A stretch of 64,000 nucleotides of DNA from Candidatus Magasanikiibacteriota bacterium (GCA_963840935.1 CAWJAS010000002.1:7333-71332), one strand, 5' to 3'; counted from the stretch's first letter, positions 43,001-51,797 are shown. Notes: generated from the letters alone by a model not told the origin. A program made the numbers and translations.

Positions 43001-45293
43001 CTTCAACAACCGCCGGCGTAAACTTGCCCGGAATCACTTCACGGGTCAATGCCGAGGTATAAAAATTACAATTTTCTTCTTCAGGCAAACAAACTTGGGC
43101 GTATTGATTGCAAGCTTCTTTGTTTTGCGGATTAATCAAATTTAAATCAGAAAAAGTCAAAGGCCATTGAATGCCGTTTTTTAATTTTTTATTTATTAAA
43201 TCAACCTTATTAACGCCGGTTGAGCTATCAGCATCATAACAACCCAAATAATCCGGAGCTTTTCGCAAATATATTAATGTATCCGTATTTGAGGCGAGTT
43301 TAAACGCGCTACAACCATCATCGGCCGAATTACATGTCGCCACTTTTTTGTTAAAAAATAAACTGGTGTTAAAAAATATATCGTGAGCCACTTGGTATTC
43401 CGCTATGGCCGGGAACCAATCCGTGCTCGTTGCCGTATCGTAATATTCTACTTGCGAATACCGCCGGCATCCGTCATTTTCTTCATTGCAACTTACCGTG
43501 TCCAAAGTGCGTAATAAATATGAACCGGTTGTTTTGTCGGAAGCAGTGAAAGCCAGACAACTATTGTATTGTTCGTCACAATAATCCGCGTCAAAACTCC
43601 AAATCGGCTTTTCTCTCAAGCAATAACCCCAATTGGCGCAAGAGCCATCGGAGTTAAATTTAACGCAATGCTGAATATCGGCGCAATATTGCAAACGCAC
43701 CGGACTATCGGTGTAATTAACGGCGCTGTAAGCAAGCGACCCGCATCTGGTTTTTGGATATTTAATAATCCAATACGGATTTACCAAATGATAAAATTTT
43801 GAGGTTTCATCATAATAAGCGTCCACCACTTCTTTGAGTGTCGCTTCATTGCCTTCAGTCGAATATGAAGAAGCAATCTCGAGTCCCAAAGGCATTATTC
43901 GCAACAATCTGAGCATCCGAAGATTGCGATTGCAATACGCTTCCAAAGCGCAATCACGCTTTTGATTCATGGCTTCATTATTCGCGGAATAGAGTTTCCA
44001 ATCACCGTGCAAAAGACCCTGTTCAATCGCCTGCTTGATGGTTAAGGCTTGACCATAACTGGCTTGGCTCAATATTTGCAAAAATGATTGGTCAACCACG
44101 CAGGCATCAGGCGCAAAATTATCCGGCGAACATTCCGCCAAATTGCCGGTCGGGTCATAATTTTCAATCGTGCTGATTTTTGGCATTAACAATTCCGAAA
44201 ACATTTCTTGCGCCGCTCGTCTTTGGCCGGATGTTCCGCCGGCTGAACCGGCTGAGTAATAATCTCCGGCCACTGATTCATCGTCAAGACACATATTCCA
44301 ACCCAAACCGGAAATACTTAATCCGGGATTGCATATTACCTTTCCTCCGGGCAACATCCCTTTGGTGATAAAGTTATCAATTACCGTGCCCAATAAAGTG
44401 TTAACAAAAGTGGCGGCAGTATTGGTTAAAAGTTGAATTCCACCTTTTTGCACCGCCATACCCATGGCGGCCGTGTTCACATCTGAATCATCTTTTTTCT
44501 TTGTTGAGGGGGCTTGTGCCTGAAATTCTTGCGCCATTACGGTAGCTGGTACTTTTGTTTTTCCGGAAATAATATCTTTCAAAGGGTTAACACCATCTCC
44601 CTCTTGACGATCTAAGGACTTACCACCTTCAACTTCAACCGCGTAATTATCAACTTTTTGTTTGGCGGAAAACCAAATCCCAAAATCAGTATCTTTAACC
44701 GAAATCCCGCCTTCAAGTCTGTTCATCAACCCTTCTTGGCTGGCATACTGGCTCCGAATATTATCTATATTATATGCTTCGCGCAATTGTTGCCATGTAC
44801 ACCTTGGCTCTGGCGGGTCAGCGCCAAAATGAAAACCAAGTTGTAAAGCCAATTGCAAACGCAAATCCGGCAAATTACACAAATCCATGCCCAGCATATC
44901 ACCCATTGAACCGATAATTTCACCAAGAGCGTCACCGGCGGTTTGGGCCAGATAATCCTTAAAACTTTTTGTTTCCGCAAAGGGTCCTTGCCCCAAATCA
45001 CCGGAGGCAAGCCACACCCCCATATCATAAGCGATTTTATTGGCAAAATAGTTCAAGCCATTGGTCACGGCACCAATAGCCAAAAGAAGCATTTTTTCTT
45101 TTGCGTTCATTTTTACTTCAGTGACTCCCTGTTTTACCAACCAAGCTTCCATGTTGGGGGATTGAAGAGGTATCGACACTGTCATTTGCGCTTTTGCGAT
45201 ATTTGGCACCAAAAATAATGACCCAAAAACAGAAATAAAAACAAAAACAATCGTCATCGTTAATAATCTGAATTTTGTATTCCCAAAAATCAT
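37017..45293 (-). CDS. giant secreted/cell-surface protein (2,758 aa), Cys-rich
   Basis: uninterrupted 8.3 kb ORF with N-terminal signal peptide MIFGNTKFRLLTMTIVFVFISVFGSLFLVPNIAKA. Confidence 0.8.
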   Translation of the reverse strand: MIFGNTKFRLLTMTIVFVFISVFGSLFLVPNIAKAQMTVSIPLQSPNMEAWLVKQGVTEVKMNAKEKMLLLAIGAVTNGLNYFANKIAYDMGVWLASGDLGQGPFAETKSFKDYLAQTAGDALGEIIGSMGDMLGMDLCNLPDLRLQLALQLGFHFGADPPEPRCTWQQLREAYNIDNIRSQYASQEGLMNRLEGGISVKDTDFGIWFSAKQKVDNYAVEVEGGKSLDRQEGDGVNPLKDIISGKTKVPATVMAQEFQAQAPSTKKKDDSDVNTAAMGMAVQKGGIQLLTNTAATFVNTLLGTVIDNFITKGMLPGGKVICNPGLSISGLGWNMCLDDESVAGDYYSAGSAGGTSGQRRAAQEMFSELLMPKISTIENYDPTGNLAECSPDNFAPDACVVDQSFLQILSQASYGQALTIKQAIEQGLLHGDWKLYSANNEAMNQKRDCALEAYCNRNLRMLRLLRIMPLGLEIASSYSTEGNEATLKEVVDAYYDETSKFYHLVNPYWIIKYPKTRCGSLAYSAVNYTDSPVRLQYCADIQHCVKFNSDGSCANWGYCLREKPIWSFDADYCDEQYNSCLAFTASDKTTGSYLLRTLDTVSCNEENDGCRRYSQVEYYDTATSTDWFPAIAEYQVAHDIFFNTSLFFNKKVATCNSADDGCSAFKLASNTDTLIYLRKAPDYLGCYDADSSTGVNKVDLINKKLKNGIQWPLTFSDLNLINPQNKEACNQYAQVCLPEEENCNFYTSALTREVIPGKFTPAVVEGGIVTWNDQCDYKCVGYDAYREMPSNYTNGELITYIIPSSGKTCSAEEAGCSSFTNLSTTVGGLEQNEYFTYLRPCILPDQNLQRNYTVYERSETKGYEIKTYTLAKSDKSNGPKQIYRDGDEMNKYTAPDNDYCSEESYANKTAEPDCHQFIDEFGDTHYAMLSKTLIVTDQCTPYRLNNTELISYESEAPRCPFDFDNGEVDNHTGDATVEFRSNACFYMGFTGNTNGAGDSIACSAESNSCRSFKGNAGYNVRKIVEEDFEYSTTTIDWKTTASMSEIISTESTQLEGHSLKITAESASANSLAGKINLSFKKGKNYVLSFWAKGNLAINKIALLDNSTMTEQSLSDNTLVLSDVWRYYSLGPVEYNGEDTLSGELRFTFGNSVGQIYIDNIILTEVDDYLYLVKNSLSVDPICDSNTNDNLPGEALGCSAYTDPTQTNYYLTNFNYLCREAAVGCTALIDTFNTPEDTTSRAYNVRLELLMYEPSLTPGMQAKATIDGELFECFAPTGQTGCYVDVFDKTAEQIFNGGETVGDNAKPKLVDSTIFIPADTPSSTPIYLVANKSATCKSENMGCQVVGRATTNISGKSYNFDFFGNPTTLFTHYETFEAVGIKNDPALYESMSCFSEAESCKSWSSSQSNYYFKDPVTNGGLICEYKTEAFIAIHLPATLQMQPTSTSKLSAHPNSTGWIWKDTGICILEDAGLYMGRACTADTDCENHIGIGKCMFKNQLPCYAENKSFGVYGLWSFGNTEKYTGFVGLCPEEQSGCNEFIDWSSTQENKKCSISGKKCNADSDCVPETDGYCVVNTSNAYYLIDNTKLSEAQSKCNGQISRAEGCVLLDKTGNPNKFWHTTSSYETSRELNDALVAPVSLTGSNDANIIIKVTQDRVCGEWAYCDLKQEFEDEDSGEIKNRCYHLGVCNRAGAVDTVAGRVVKDCAEPATDWDTKGETLSKDYYQDLMTSWDSWDFSGYSLFNTYQVPDLTARKIDDTYRLVYVNNQYSFLNEDDINSCYDSADLLYGQKDDGDQCGPGGTWGYCYNGECLKGYSATNPAQSRVLTCRAYAEEVSPFRSSVLIDYERDKPLQYKTGFENVNLCYSDNGNPVSCDYDYYCSYRKLKTGSGDVYKRISKTESMSGNYICSSGPYKGKFCTDPETTTQCGEGGICSKINSFQVMNGWLGYCTERDERQRIYGSTSNACLTWFPLEYPPGIPNYWEQDPNAGYEILEGAQDRFMCLENEPTIQDSYQNVGIAMGNSNAKDFGGNWPKGMMRDDSMISDLSLSAGMGIKGVPDNAILIGCSYEVSSDWGWDMRYYQSTDSNDSNGWYCPVNVDITDVDELTQRGCYETPEGCRDNEGWWYTDRKWLNTESGKYIHRDEIERIDVFLDSATNMPKGGGWVSFIRDSVDADAEEESNRAFITEDGGWITNEGETSISTASLDNLCKDGKDWRAWTWYAKNSGSPNWLNQWSDGSSTDLGKEKIAIEGICEDKDRMVYHAFEDEKESIGVRIVFDDQYYFRGIWLNVENGLHSGNSGLGYFFVIHFAPGKCQKFAQVSMVSSTSDFLAKPFTNRLNTDKVVSFSSNYPTTAQVSPREETLNGGKYGLAYSTESGLVDITGITTAAFINPFVFNLNLDTKNIPFSQNGSQDNNYAFTNYKAGTPLSVAWSGKRKNDCTGSYCLPEYFKYSLDAMEDTTSMQQGPFEKVLMKSMFAKVYDYYYNDVENGFDIGYVSYYQEVDAANPTNASRIGQMDIYPPQVAAPSGSSWELDKISVNGTTSGNIYLFSGSQTRIKFYAWAHGNQMPLRRVVVNKGDDNDTQVDSEISDSIGNRKPLCTDSTCGNDEEDWPFTCNTNADCGGSSCYPQSAEERTFGNTTDTGCKDKPWDFVMDYNCPYGTMEIVMSNEQPDTPISGRSIDWNYIRQNFYNAPYVCVARPKVHVLDNWGWCTGSCTYSSNPQVDGKGCYSEMTVNDCEINKVRPWIYYDGWVVVVPMAGS

Positions 45294-45295
45294 AA

Positions 45296-45967
45296 TTAAT
45301 CTTCAGCTTCTTCAGCCATTAATTTATTGATATATTCAATCGCTTTTAAAGTGTCTTCGTTGCCCACTTCTTCTTCGGTCGTTAAGTCCTCTGAGGCAAG
45401 AATATCTGTAACCATTTGATTCAATTCTTCATCACTGATTTGGTCAACAACACTTTTGTCCAAACCGGAATCAATCAAAATTTGGCGCATTGTCGCAGGG
45501 TCATATAATTCGCCCAGATCATCAAGCGAGGTCGGTATTATACTGTCATCCGCCACAAAAAGATCGCTTTGGTCCGGTTTGTCTGGCAAGGTCGAGGCAG
45601 TGTCCACCACGCTTCCACAAACTTGCCCTTCCGGGCAGTTTGGATTCTTACCTTGTCTGACTTCGTCGTAATCGGATATGCCGTCCGAATCGGTATCGGC
45701 CAAATAAGGGCTCGTGCTATAAACAAACAATTCATCGTAATCGCTAAGACCATCATTGTCCGTATCGCGATATCGCAGAACCTCTGAAGTGTTGACTTCT
45801 TTCCCAATTAAAGGAGGAACGGAGGTATTCAGCGCAAACGGTTTATAAAGAGTGTTCCTGACTTGAATCAAGCCCAGAGTTACGGCAAGCAAAACAAAAA
45901 CAGACAGCAAAACCAAGCCGATTTTCTGCTCCTTTGAGTAGCGGTTAGCTTGTTCATCCATAATCAA
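45296..45967 (-). CDS. membrane-anchored protein with thrombospondin type-3-like Ca-binding repeats
   Basis: N-terminal TM; DTDNDGLSDYDE and DTDSDGISDYDE (DxDxDGxxDxxE); 2-nt spacing to the giant gene. Confidence 0.7.
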   Translation of the reverse strand: MIMDEQANRYSKEQKIGLVLLSVFVLLAVTLGLIQVRNTLYKPFALNTSVPPLIGKEVNTSEVLRYRDTDNDGLSDYDELFVYSTSPYLADTDSDGISDYDEVRQGKNPNCPEGQVCGSVVDTASTLPDKPDQSDLFVADDSIIPTSLDDLGELYDPATMRQILIDSGLDKSVVDQISDEELNQMVTDILASEDLTTEEEVGNEDTLKAIEYINKLMAEEAED

Positions 45968-46077
45968 AAATGTTCCTAATTATTATATCACAAACAACAA
46001 AAAGGCGAAATAATAAATAGTGGATAAACCGGGCTCGCAATACTCAAAATGCCGATGGCGTTGCTTTTTAAAAAAAA

Positions 46078-46896
46078 CTACAATTCTTTGGCCAAAAAAC
46101 CCCACTGCTCAATGCTTAATTCCTGCGCCCTGGCCGTTTGTTTGATATTTATTTTTTCAAACGCTTCCCTAATTTTTTGCTTATTTTTTTTACCGAAAAT
46201 CGGTTCCAAATTTTTTATCAGTAATTTACGACGACTGGAAAATCCGGCTTTTACCAATTGAAAAAACTTTTGAGTTTTTTCGGCCGTTATTTGTTTTTTG
46301 CTTAATGACAATTTTATTATAGCCGAATCTACTCTTGGTTCCGGCCAAAAATTTGAACGCAAAACTTTGGCTATAATTTTTGGCTCGGCATAATATTGCA
46401 CCGCTACCGATAAAACCGACATGTCCCCGGGCCTGGCGCAAATTCGCTCGGCTACTTCTTTTTGTACCATTAATATCATTTGCGCGGGCGGATTATTTGT
46501 TTCCAAAAAAGCGCGAATAATGGGCGAGGTAATTTGATATGGCAAATTGGCGACGACTTTATATTTTTTATCCGGCATATTATCAAGATGCTTAAGCGCG
46601 TTGCCCCAAACAATTTCCACATTGCCTGGCTTTTTATCACTCCAATAATCCGCCAATTTTTTTTCTATTTCAAACGCGATAATTTTTTGAGCGCGCTCAG
46701 ATAAGGCAAAAGTTAGTGGGCCAAAACCCGGACCGATTTCCACAATCGTATCTGTTTTTTTTATCTCCGCCGATTCAACTATTTGTTCAATCACTTCTTC
46801 GTTAATTAAAAAATTTTGACCGTATTTTTTACTCGGCCGAAGATTGTATTTTTGACAAAGGAATTTTAGATGGTCGATGTTAAAAAGTTTTGACAT
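46078..46896 (-). CDS. rsmA: 16S rRNA (adenine1518/1519-N6)-dimethyltransferase RsmA/KsgA
   Basis: KKYGQNFLINEEVIEQIV...IVEIGPGFGPLTFALS...NLPYQITSPI. Confidence 0.9.
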   Translation of the reverse strand: MSKLFNIDHLKFLCQKYNLRPSKKYGQNFLINEEVIEQIVESAEIKKTDTIVEIGPGFGPLTFALSERAQKIIAFEIEKKLADYWSDKKPGNVEIVWGNALKHLDNMPDKKYKVVANLPYQITSPIIRAFLETNNPPAQMILMVQKEVAERICARPGDMSVLSVAVQYYAEPKIIAKVLRSNFWPEPRVDSAIIKLSLSKKQITAEKTQKFFQLVKAGFSSRRKLLIKNLEPIFGKKNKQKIREAFEKINIKQTARAQELSIEQWGFLAKEL

Positions 46897-46913
46897 TTAA
46901 AAAATGTTAATTA

Positions 46914-47027
46914 TTATCAATAAGTATTGAAGGCAGTCGCGGACCCCGATTCAATCGGGAATCGGGGGAGCGTTAGAGCGACGCGTCTTCAGACGCGGAG
47001 ACTCGTGCCTGAAATGCTTGTTGATAA
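46914..47027. mobile_element. 114-bp MITE-like intergenic repeat, copy 1 (22-bp terminal inverted repeats TTATCAATAAGCATTGAAGGCA)
   Basis: four near-identical copies in the window with TIRs and an internal GC-rich hairpin. Confidence 0.7.
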
Positions 47028-47054
47028 TAAATAAATAATTCTAAAAATATTAAA

Positions 47055-48200
47055 TTATTTTCTAAGCCCCGCATCTGTATAGCGGTTGCTTGCATTCCAC
47101 AAAAACCAACCGGCATCCGAATATTTTTCCGTCACTTCAATTTGGTCTCTAATTTTTTCCGCCCCATAAACCGCGCCAAGGTCAAAAGCCTGAATCCAAG
47201 GCCGAAGCATTGCCCGCCTGCCTTCAAAACGATCCGCTCCAAGCTTCATTCCATTTTCAAAAACCAAACGCGGATAATCGGCCGGATTATTAAGACCCAA
47301 ATGACCGGGCGGATAATGAGAAGGATACATCATCGGGCAAACATAATCGGAAAAATCAAGTGCATCTTCCAAACGCTGACCGATATTCATGTCGTCTTCA
47401 CCGGATTTTTCCATCACAAAACCAAACATATCAAGCGACAGCCATACCGGTTCAGCAGACAAACCGCGACTTAAAAAATCAAAAAATTCTCGCATCACTT
47501 CATATTTTTTCTTATCTCCCACCGTGTACACAACCTCACTCATCCTGCCGTCGGACGGAAACCTGACATAATCAAAATTTATTTCATCAAAACCGAGTTT
47601 TGCCACTTCTTTGGCTATGGCCAAATTGTATTGCCAAACTTCAATGTTCGTCGGGTCAACCCAAGCAAGGCCCTTGTGATCACGCCACAATCCCCCGTTT
47701 TTATTTTTTATCGCCCATTCCGGTTTTTTCTCGGCCAAAATCGGGTCCTGAAAAACAGTTTGCCTGGCAATAACATAAATATTTTCTTCTTTTAATTTTT
47801 TAACAAGCTCCTTCGCGTCGCCCAAACGATTGTCTTTTGTTTTTAATTGAATAACCGCTGGAATTTGGCTGTCATACAAAACAAGTCCGCTGTAATCTTT
47901 AATATCAATAATGACCGCGTTTAATTCCGTTCTTTTTATGAGAGCGATTATTTCATTCAATTTTTTGGCGCTCCCGGCGCTGTAAGCGGTCAAATACAAT
48001 CCTTTTACTTTGATCAACGGATTTTTTTGACCATAAATTAATCTATGAAAATTATTTGAAGAAGTTAACCAAGTATTATTTTCAATATCAATCAAAGTGA
48101 TTTTCCAAAAAAATAAAATTGATATGGCGGATAAAATTGCCACAGCGCACATCAAAAAAACTCCCAAACTACCAAATTGTTTATTTGAAATCTGATTCAT
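47055..48200 (-). CDS. putative glycoside-hydrolase-like TIM-barrel protein (DUF4015-like), N-terminal TM
   Basis: conserved core IIDIKDYSG...FDEINFDYVRFP...CPMMYPSHY; start at ATG 48200 because the upstream extension lies inside MITE copy 2. Confidence 0.5.
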   Translation of the reverse strand: MNQISNKQFGSLGVFLMCAVAILSAISILFFWKITLIDIENNTWLTSSNNFHRLIYGQKNPLIKVKGLYLTAYSAGSAKKLNEIIALIKRTELNAVIIDIKDYSGLVLYDSQIPAVIQLKTKDNRLGDAKELVKKLKEENIYVIARQTVFQDPILAEKKPEWAIKNKNGGLWRDHKGLAWVDPTNIEVWQYNLAIAKEVAKLGFDEINFDYVRFPSDGRMSEVVYTVGDKKKYEVMREFFDFLSRGLSAEPVWLSLDMFGFVMEKSGEDDMNIGQRLEDALDFSDYVCPMMYPSHYPPGHLGLNNPADYPRLVFENGMKLGADRFEGRRAMLRPWIQAFDLGAVYGAEKIRDQIEVTEKYSDAGWFLWNASNRYTDAGLRK

Positions 48201-48222
48201 GATAAATGTTTTATATTTTTTA

Positions 48223-48336
48223 TTATCAATAAGTATTGAAGGCAGTCGCGGACCCCAATTCAATCGGGAATCGGGGGAGCGTTAGAGCGCCACGCCTTCA
48301 GGCGTGGCGACTCGTGCCTGAAATGCTTATTGATAA
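48223..48336. mobile_element. 114-bp MITE-like repeat, copy 2 (central stem carries compensatory substitutions)
   Basis: tatcaataagtattgaaggcagtcgcggacccc...gcgccacgccttcaggcgtggcgactcgtgcctgaaatgcttattgataa. Confidence 0.7.
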
Positions 48337-48344
48337 TAAAAAAA

Positions 48345-48941
48345 TTACAAAATTTTTAAGCCTCCTTGTCTGATCAATTTTATATCCCTTCCCGATGCTT
48401 CAACAATGGTAGTGGGCGAATTTTTTGGCAAATCTCTTCCATCGACCAAAACATCAGGCGGATTATCGCTCAAAGAAAATATTTCATTTATTTCAGCAAA
48501 ATTATACAATGACTCCTCGCCGGAAATATTGGCCGAAGTCGCCACGAGCGGACCATTCATTTTTTGGCATAATTCTTTCAGCCACAGATCATCGGGCACT
48601 CTAACCGCCACTGTATTATTTTTTGACACTACTCCACGAGTCAAAGAAAGCCCGGAATACTCGCCGATAACCGTCAAAGGACCGGGCCAATATTTTTTGG
48701 CCAGTTCATCTATATTTTTATTCCAAACCAAATAATTTCTTGCGCTTTGAATATCGGGCACAATAATCAAAAGCGGTTTGTTATAATCACGTTTTTTTAT
48801 ATCAAAAATTCTGTCCACCGCTTGTTGATTTGAAGCATCGCAACCGAGGGCGTAAGAAGTTTCGGCCGGAAAAATTATAACATCTCCCCTTTTAAAACGC
48901 TCCGCCAAAATATCAATATCTTTCTTAGATAAAATATCCAT
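48345..48941 (-). CDS. tsaC: L-threonylcarbamoyladenylate synthase TsaC/YrdC
   Basis: IIFPAETSYALGCDASNQQAVDRIFDIKKRDYNKPLLIIV...GPLVATSANISG. Confidence 0.85.
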   Translation of the reverse strand: MDILSKKDIDILAERFKRGDVIIFPAETSYALGCDASNQQAVDRIFDIKKRDYNKPLLIIVPDIQSARNYLVWNKNIDELAKKYWPGPLTVIGEYSGLSLTRGVVSKNNTVAVRVPDDLWLKELCQKMNGPLVATSANISGEESLYNFAEINEIFSLSDNPPDVLVDGRDLPKNSPTTIVEASGRDIKLIRQGGLKIL

Positions 48942-48991
48942 GATTATATAATTTTTAACCTGTCACTCGCGAGCGACGAGTTTCATTTTTA

Positions 48992-49104
48992 TTAGCGATA
49001 AGCATTGAAGGCAGTCGCGGACCCCAATTCAATCGGGAATCGGGGGAGCGTTAGAGCGACGCGTCATCAGACACGGAGACTCGTGCCTGAAATGCTTATT
49101 GACA
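48992..49104. mobile_element. MITE-like repeat, copy 3 (ends slightly degenerate)
   Basis: gcgataagcattgaaggcagtcgcggaccccaattcaatcgggaatcgggggagcg...gtgcctgaaatgcttattgaca. Confidence 0.65.
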
Positions 49105-49147
49105 AACAAATATTTATGCGGTGGGTAATATTTTTTGAAATTTACTC

Positions 49148-50221
49148 TTATTTCTTGATCCACTTCAAATACGCCTCGCACAAAGGCATCAAATCCCCTT
49201 CCAAAACAGACTCCGGGTCAGCCGATTCATAATCAGTGCGGTGGTCTTTAACCATATGATATGGGTGCAAAACATAAGAACGAATCTGATTCCCCCATTC
49301 AGCTGATTTGTATTCTCCACGCAAATCTTTTTTTTCTTTTGCGATTCTTTCTTGTTCCAATCTGAATAATTTTGCCCGTAAGATTTTCATCGCCGTTTCT
49401 TTGTTTTGTTGTTGCGAACGCTCATTCTGGCATGAAACGCTGATACCGGTCGGAGTATGGACAATGCGAACGGCGGAGTAAGTGGTGTTAACGCTTTGTC
49501 CGCCGTGGCCACCGGACATAAAAGTATCAATTCGCAAATCTTCCGGCTTAATTTCAATTTGGACGCTTTCGTCAATCTCCGGCAAAACTTCAATCAAAGC
49601 AAAAGATGTATGGCGCATTTTTTCGGCGTCAAAAGGCGAAATTCTGACCAATCGGTGAACGCCATGCTCGGATTTTAAATAACCAAAAGCATACAGTCCT
49701 TTAATTTCAACTGTAACGGATTTATAACCGGCTTCAGCACCGCGAGATTCATCAATCACGCGAACACGCCAATTCATTTTCTCCGCGAACCGCAAAATCA
49801 TCCGCAAAAGCATTTCCGCCCAGTCCTGCGCCTCGGTACCGCCCGAACCGGCATGTATGGCGACAACGGCATTATTTTTGTCGTACGGCCCATTAAGCAA
49901 AAGAAAAAATTCATAATCAGCAAACTTATTTTCCAATTCACTAATTTGTTTTTCGATTTCTTCTTTAATATTTTCTCCCTCGGAAGATGAAAGCTCTTCC
50001 AAATCGCGCGCCTCTTTTTCCAAATCACACCATTTATCAACTTCTTTTCTTATATCATTATAATCGGCGGAAATAGACTGGGCCCTTTCTTGATTACTCC
50101 AAAAATCCGGCTCGTTCATTTCTTTGCCAAGCTGTTCCATCTTTTTTTTGAGTTCATCAATATGAAGCAATTCCATTGTCGCTTTTATTTTTTGTTGTAA
50201 ATTTTTCAACTTCTCAGTCAT
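49148..50221 (-). CDS. prfB: peptide chain release factor 2 (contiguous ORF, no programmed frameshift)
   Basis: SPF tripeptide (RISPFDAEK) and GGQ motif (SGGHGGQSVNTT); start at ATG 50221 because the upstream TTG extension lies in MITE copy 4. Confidence 0.9.
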   Translation of the reverse strand: MTEKLKNLQQKIKATMELLHIDELKKKMEQLGKEMNEPDFWSNQERAQSISADYNDIRKEVDKWCDLEKEARDLEELSSSEGENIKEEIEKQISELENKFADYEFFLLLNGPYDKNNAVVAIHAGSGGTEAQDWAEMLLRMILRFAEKMNWRVRVIDESRGAEAGYKSVTVEIKGLYAFGYLKSEHGVHRLVRISPFDAEKMRHTSFALIEVLPEIDESVQIEIKPEDLRIDTFMSGGHGGQSVNTTYSAVRIVHTPTGISVSCQNERSQQQNKETAMKILRAKLFRLEQERIAKEKKDLRGEYKSAEWGNQIRSYVLHPYHMVKDHRTDYESADPESVLEGDLMPLCEAYLKWIKK

Positions 50222-50238
50222 AATAAGTGTAATTTTAA

Positions 50239-50352
50239 TTATCAATAAGCATTGAAGGCAGTCGCGGACCCCAATTCAATCGGGAATCGGGGGAGCGTTA
50301 GAGCGACGCGTCTTCAGACGCGGAGACTCGTGCCTGAAATGCTTGTTGATAA
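50239..50352. mobile_element. 114-bp MITE-like repeat, copy 4
   Basis: ttatcaataagcattgaaggcagtcgcggaccccaattcaatcgggaatcgggggagcgttagagcgacgcgtcttcagacgcggagactcgtgcctgaaatgcttgttgataa. Confidence 0.7.
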
Positions 50353-50417
50353 TAAAATAGATTGATTCGAAAAGTAATAATTCTGAAAAAGATGTGTTTT
50401 ATTAAAAAAGATCACTT

Positions 50418-51797
50418 CTACCATCCAAACATCTTCCCGATTTCTTCCGGCGTCTCACGTCGGCGAATTAGCTTTATTTCTCCGTTCGTGGCCACTAATT
50501 TTGCCGGGCTTGAAAGCAAACAATGGTGCGATGACAACGGATCTTGATAAGCGCCGGTGTCAAAAACGGCGACATATAAATCCTGACAATCATCAATTCT
50601 CGGAAGCATTATACAATCGCCCGCGGTATAGCGGTCGTCGCTGTCGCAACTGGAACCGGCCAGCCAAACTTTCTTTAATTTGGTTCGGTTCATATTATTC
50701 ACGGGCACAATATGCCACTTCTGGTGAATTGCCCAGGTGTCAGACAAGTCATTAATAAAACTTCCGTCAATGGAATACCAATATGTGTCTGTTTTATTTT
50801 CCACTAATTTTTCCGACAATACATTATATATGGTAATCTGAGTCGGCGCGACTACATAGCGCCCCCATTCAACAATAATATTCGGATGTTTGATGCCAAG
50901 TCGCTCGCTGTGTTTTTTACACGCCCGCACCACATGGCTAATAAGACTTTTGGCGGTATAATATCTTTTCTTTTTTTCATAAGGCACACCGGCTCCTCCG
51001 CCCAGATCAAGAGTATCCAAACCGGGATTTTTTTCTTTCAACTGGGCATATAAATTAATCGCTCGATGCAGAGGGCGAAGCATGCCTTCAATGCTATCAA
51101 TCTGGCTGGAAATGTGATAATGAAGAATTGATAAATTGCGGACGCGCCCAATTTTTACAAGTTCCTCTTCGGTAAAACCATAGCGATTATATTTTTTATC
51201 CCAACGACTGGGAACGCGCACATTCAAATTAACTCTGATACCAACAGGTCCGTTAAACTTTTTCATTCTTTCAAGTTCCACATAATCTTCAATAATCGGG
51301 ATTATAACCATGCCTTTACCCCTCAGCTCCTCAATTAATTTCATGTATTTTTCCGTCTTTGGGCCGTTGCAAATAACGCGGATTTTGGCGTGAAATTTTT
51401 CTTGTTCCAGCATTCTTTTGACCAAAAAAAGTTCATTTGCAGACGACACTTCCAAATTTGCTTTTTCGGCTACCGCCGGCAAAACCATTTCGCGATTCTG
51501 ATTTACCTTCATGGCGTAATGATAAAAAAATTTTCCTTTATATCCCGATATCTTTATATAGGCGTTAAATGTCTCAATCAAATCACGAACGCGATTTTCT
51601 ATTAAAGTGGGAAAAACAATTTCCGTCGGTGTGCCGAATTTTTTTACAATATCATATATATTGTATTGATAATTTCCTTCACGCACCGTGAGCTCTCCGT
51701 CATGGCTCAAATCAAACTGTTCGGTATTGTATTCCTCAAAACCGAGTTTCCATAATTTTTTGAACCGCGTGTATGACCGGTTTTTTGATTTTTTCAT
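50418..51797 (-). CDS. PLP-dependent fold-III decarboxylase, arginine decarboxylase (SpeA)-like short form
   Basis: FYHYAMKVNQNREMV (PLP-lysine motif), LHYHISSQIDS, DLGGGAGVPY, GSSCDSDD. Confidence 0.65.
   Translation of the reverse strand: MKKSKNRSYTRFKKLWKLGFEEYNTEQFDLSHDGELTVREGNYQYNIYDIVKKFGTPTEIVFPTLIENRVRDLIETFNAYIKISGYKGKFFYHYAMKVNQNREMVLPAVAEKANLEVSSANELFLVKRMLEQEKFHAKIRVICNGPKTEKYMKLIEELRGKGMVIIPIIEDYVELERMKKFNGPVGIRVNLNVRVPSRWDKKYNRYGFTEEELVKIGRVRNLSILHYHISSQIDSIEGMLRPLHRAINLYAQLKEKNPGLDTLDLGGGAGVPYEKKKRYYTAKSLISHVVRACKKHSERLGIKHPNIIVEWGRYVVAPTQITIYNVLSEKLVENKTDTYWYSIDGSFINDLSDTWAIHQKWHIVPVNNMNRTKLKKVWLAGSSCDSDDRYTAGDCIMLPRIDDCQDLYVAVFDTGAYQDPLSSHHCLLSSPAKLVATNGEIKLIRRRETPEEIGKMFGW

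Noticed and set aside
49148-50245. Programmed +1 frameshift in prfB
   Set aside because: The RF2 ORF is contiguous from ATG 50221 with no internal in-frame UGA and no CUU UGA shifty site near codon 25; apparently an unframeshifted prfB.
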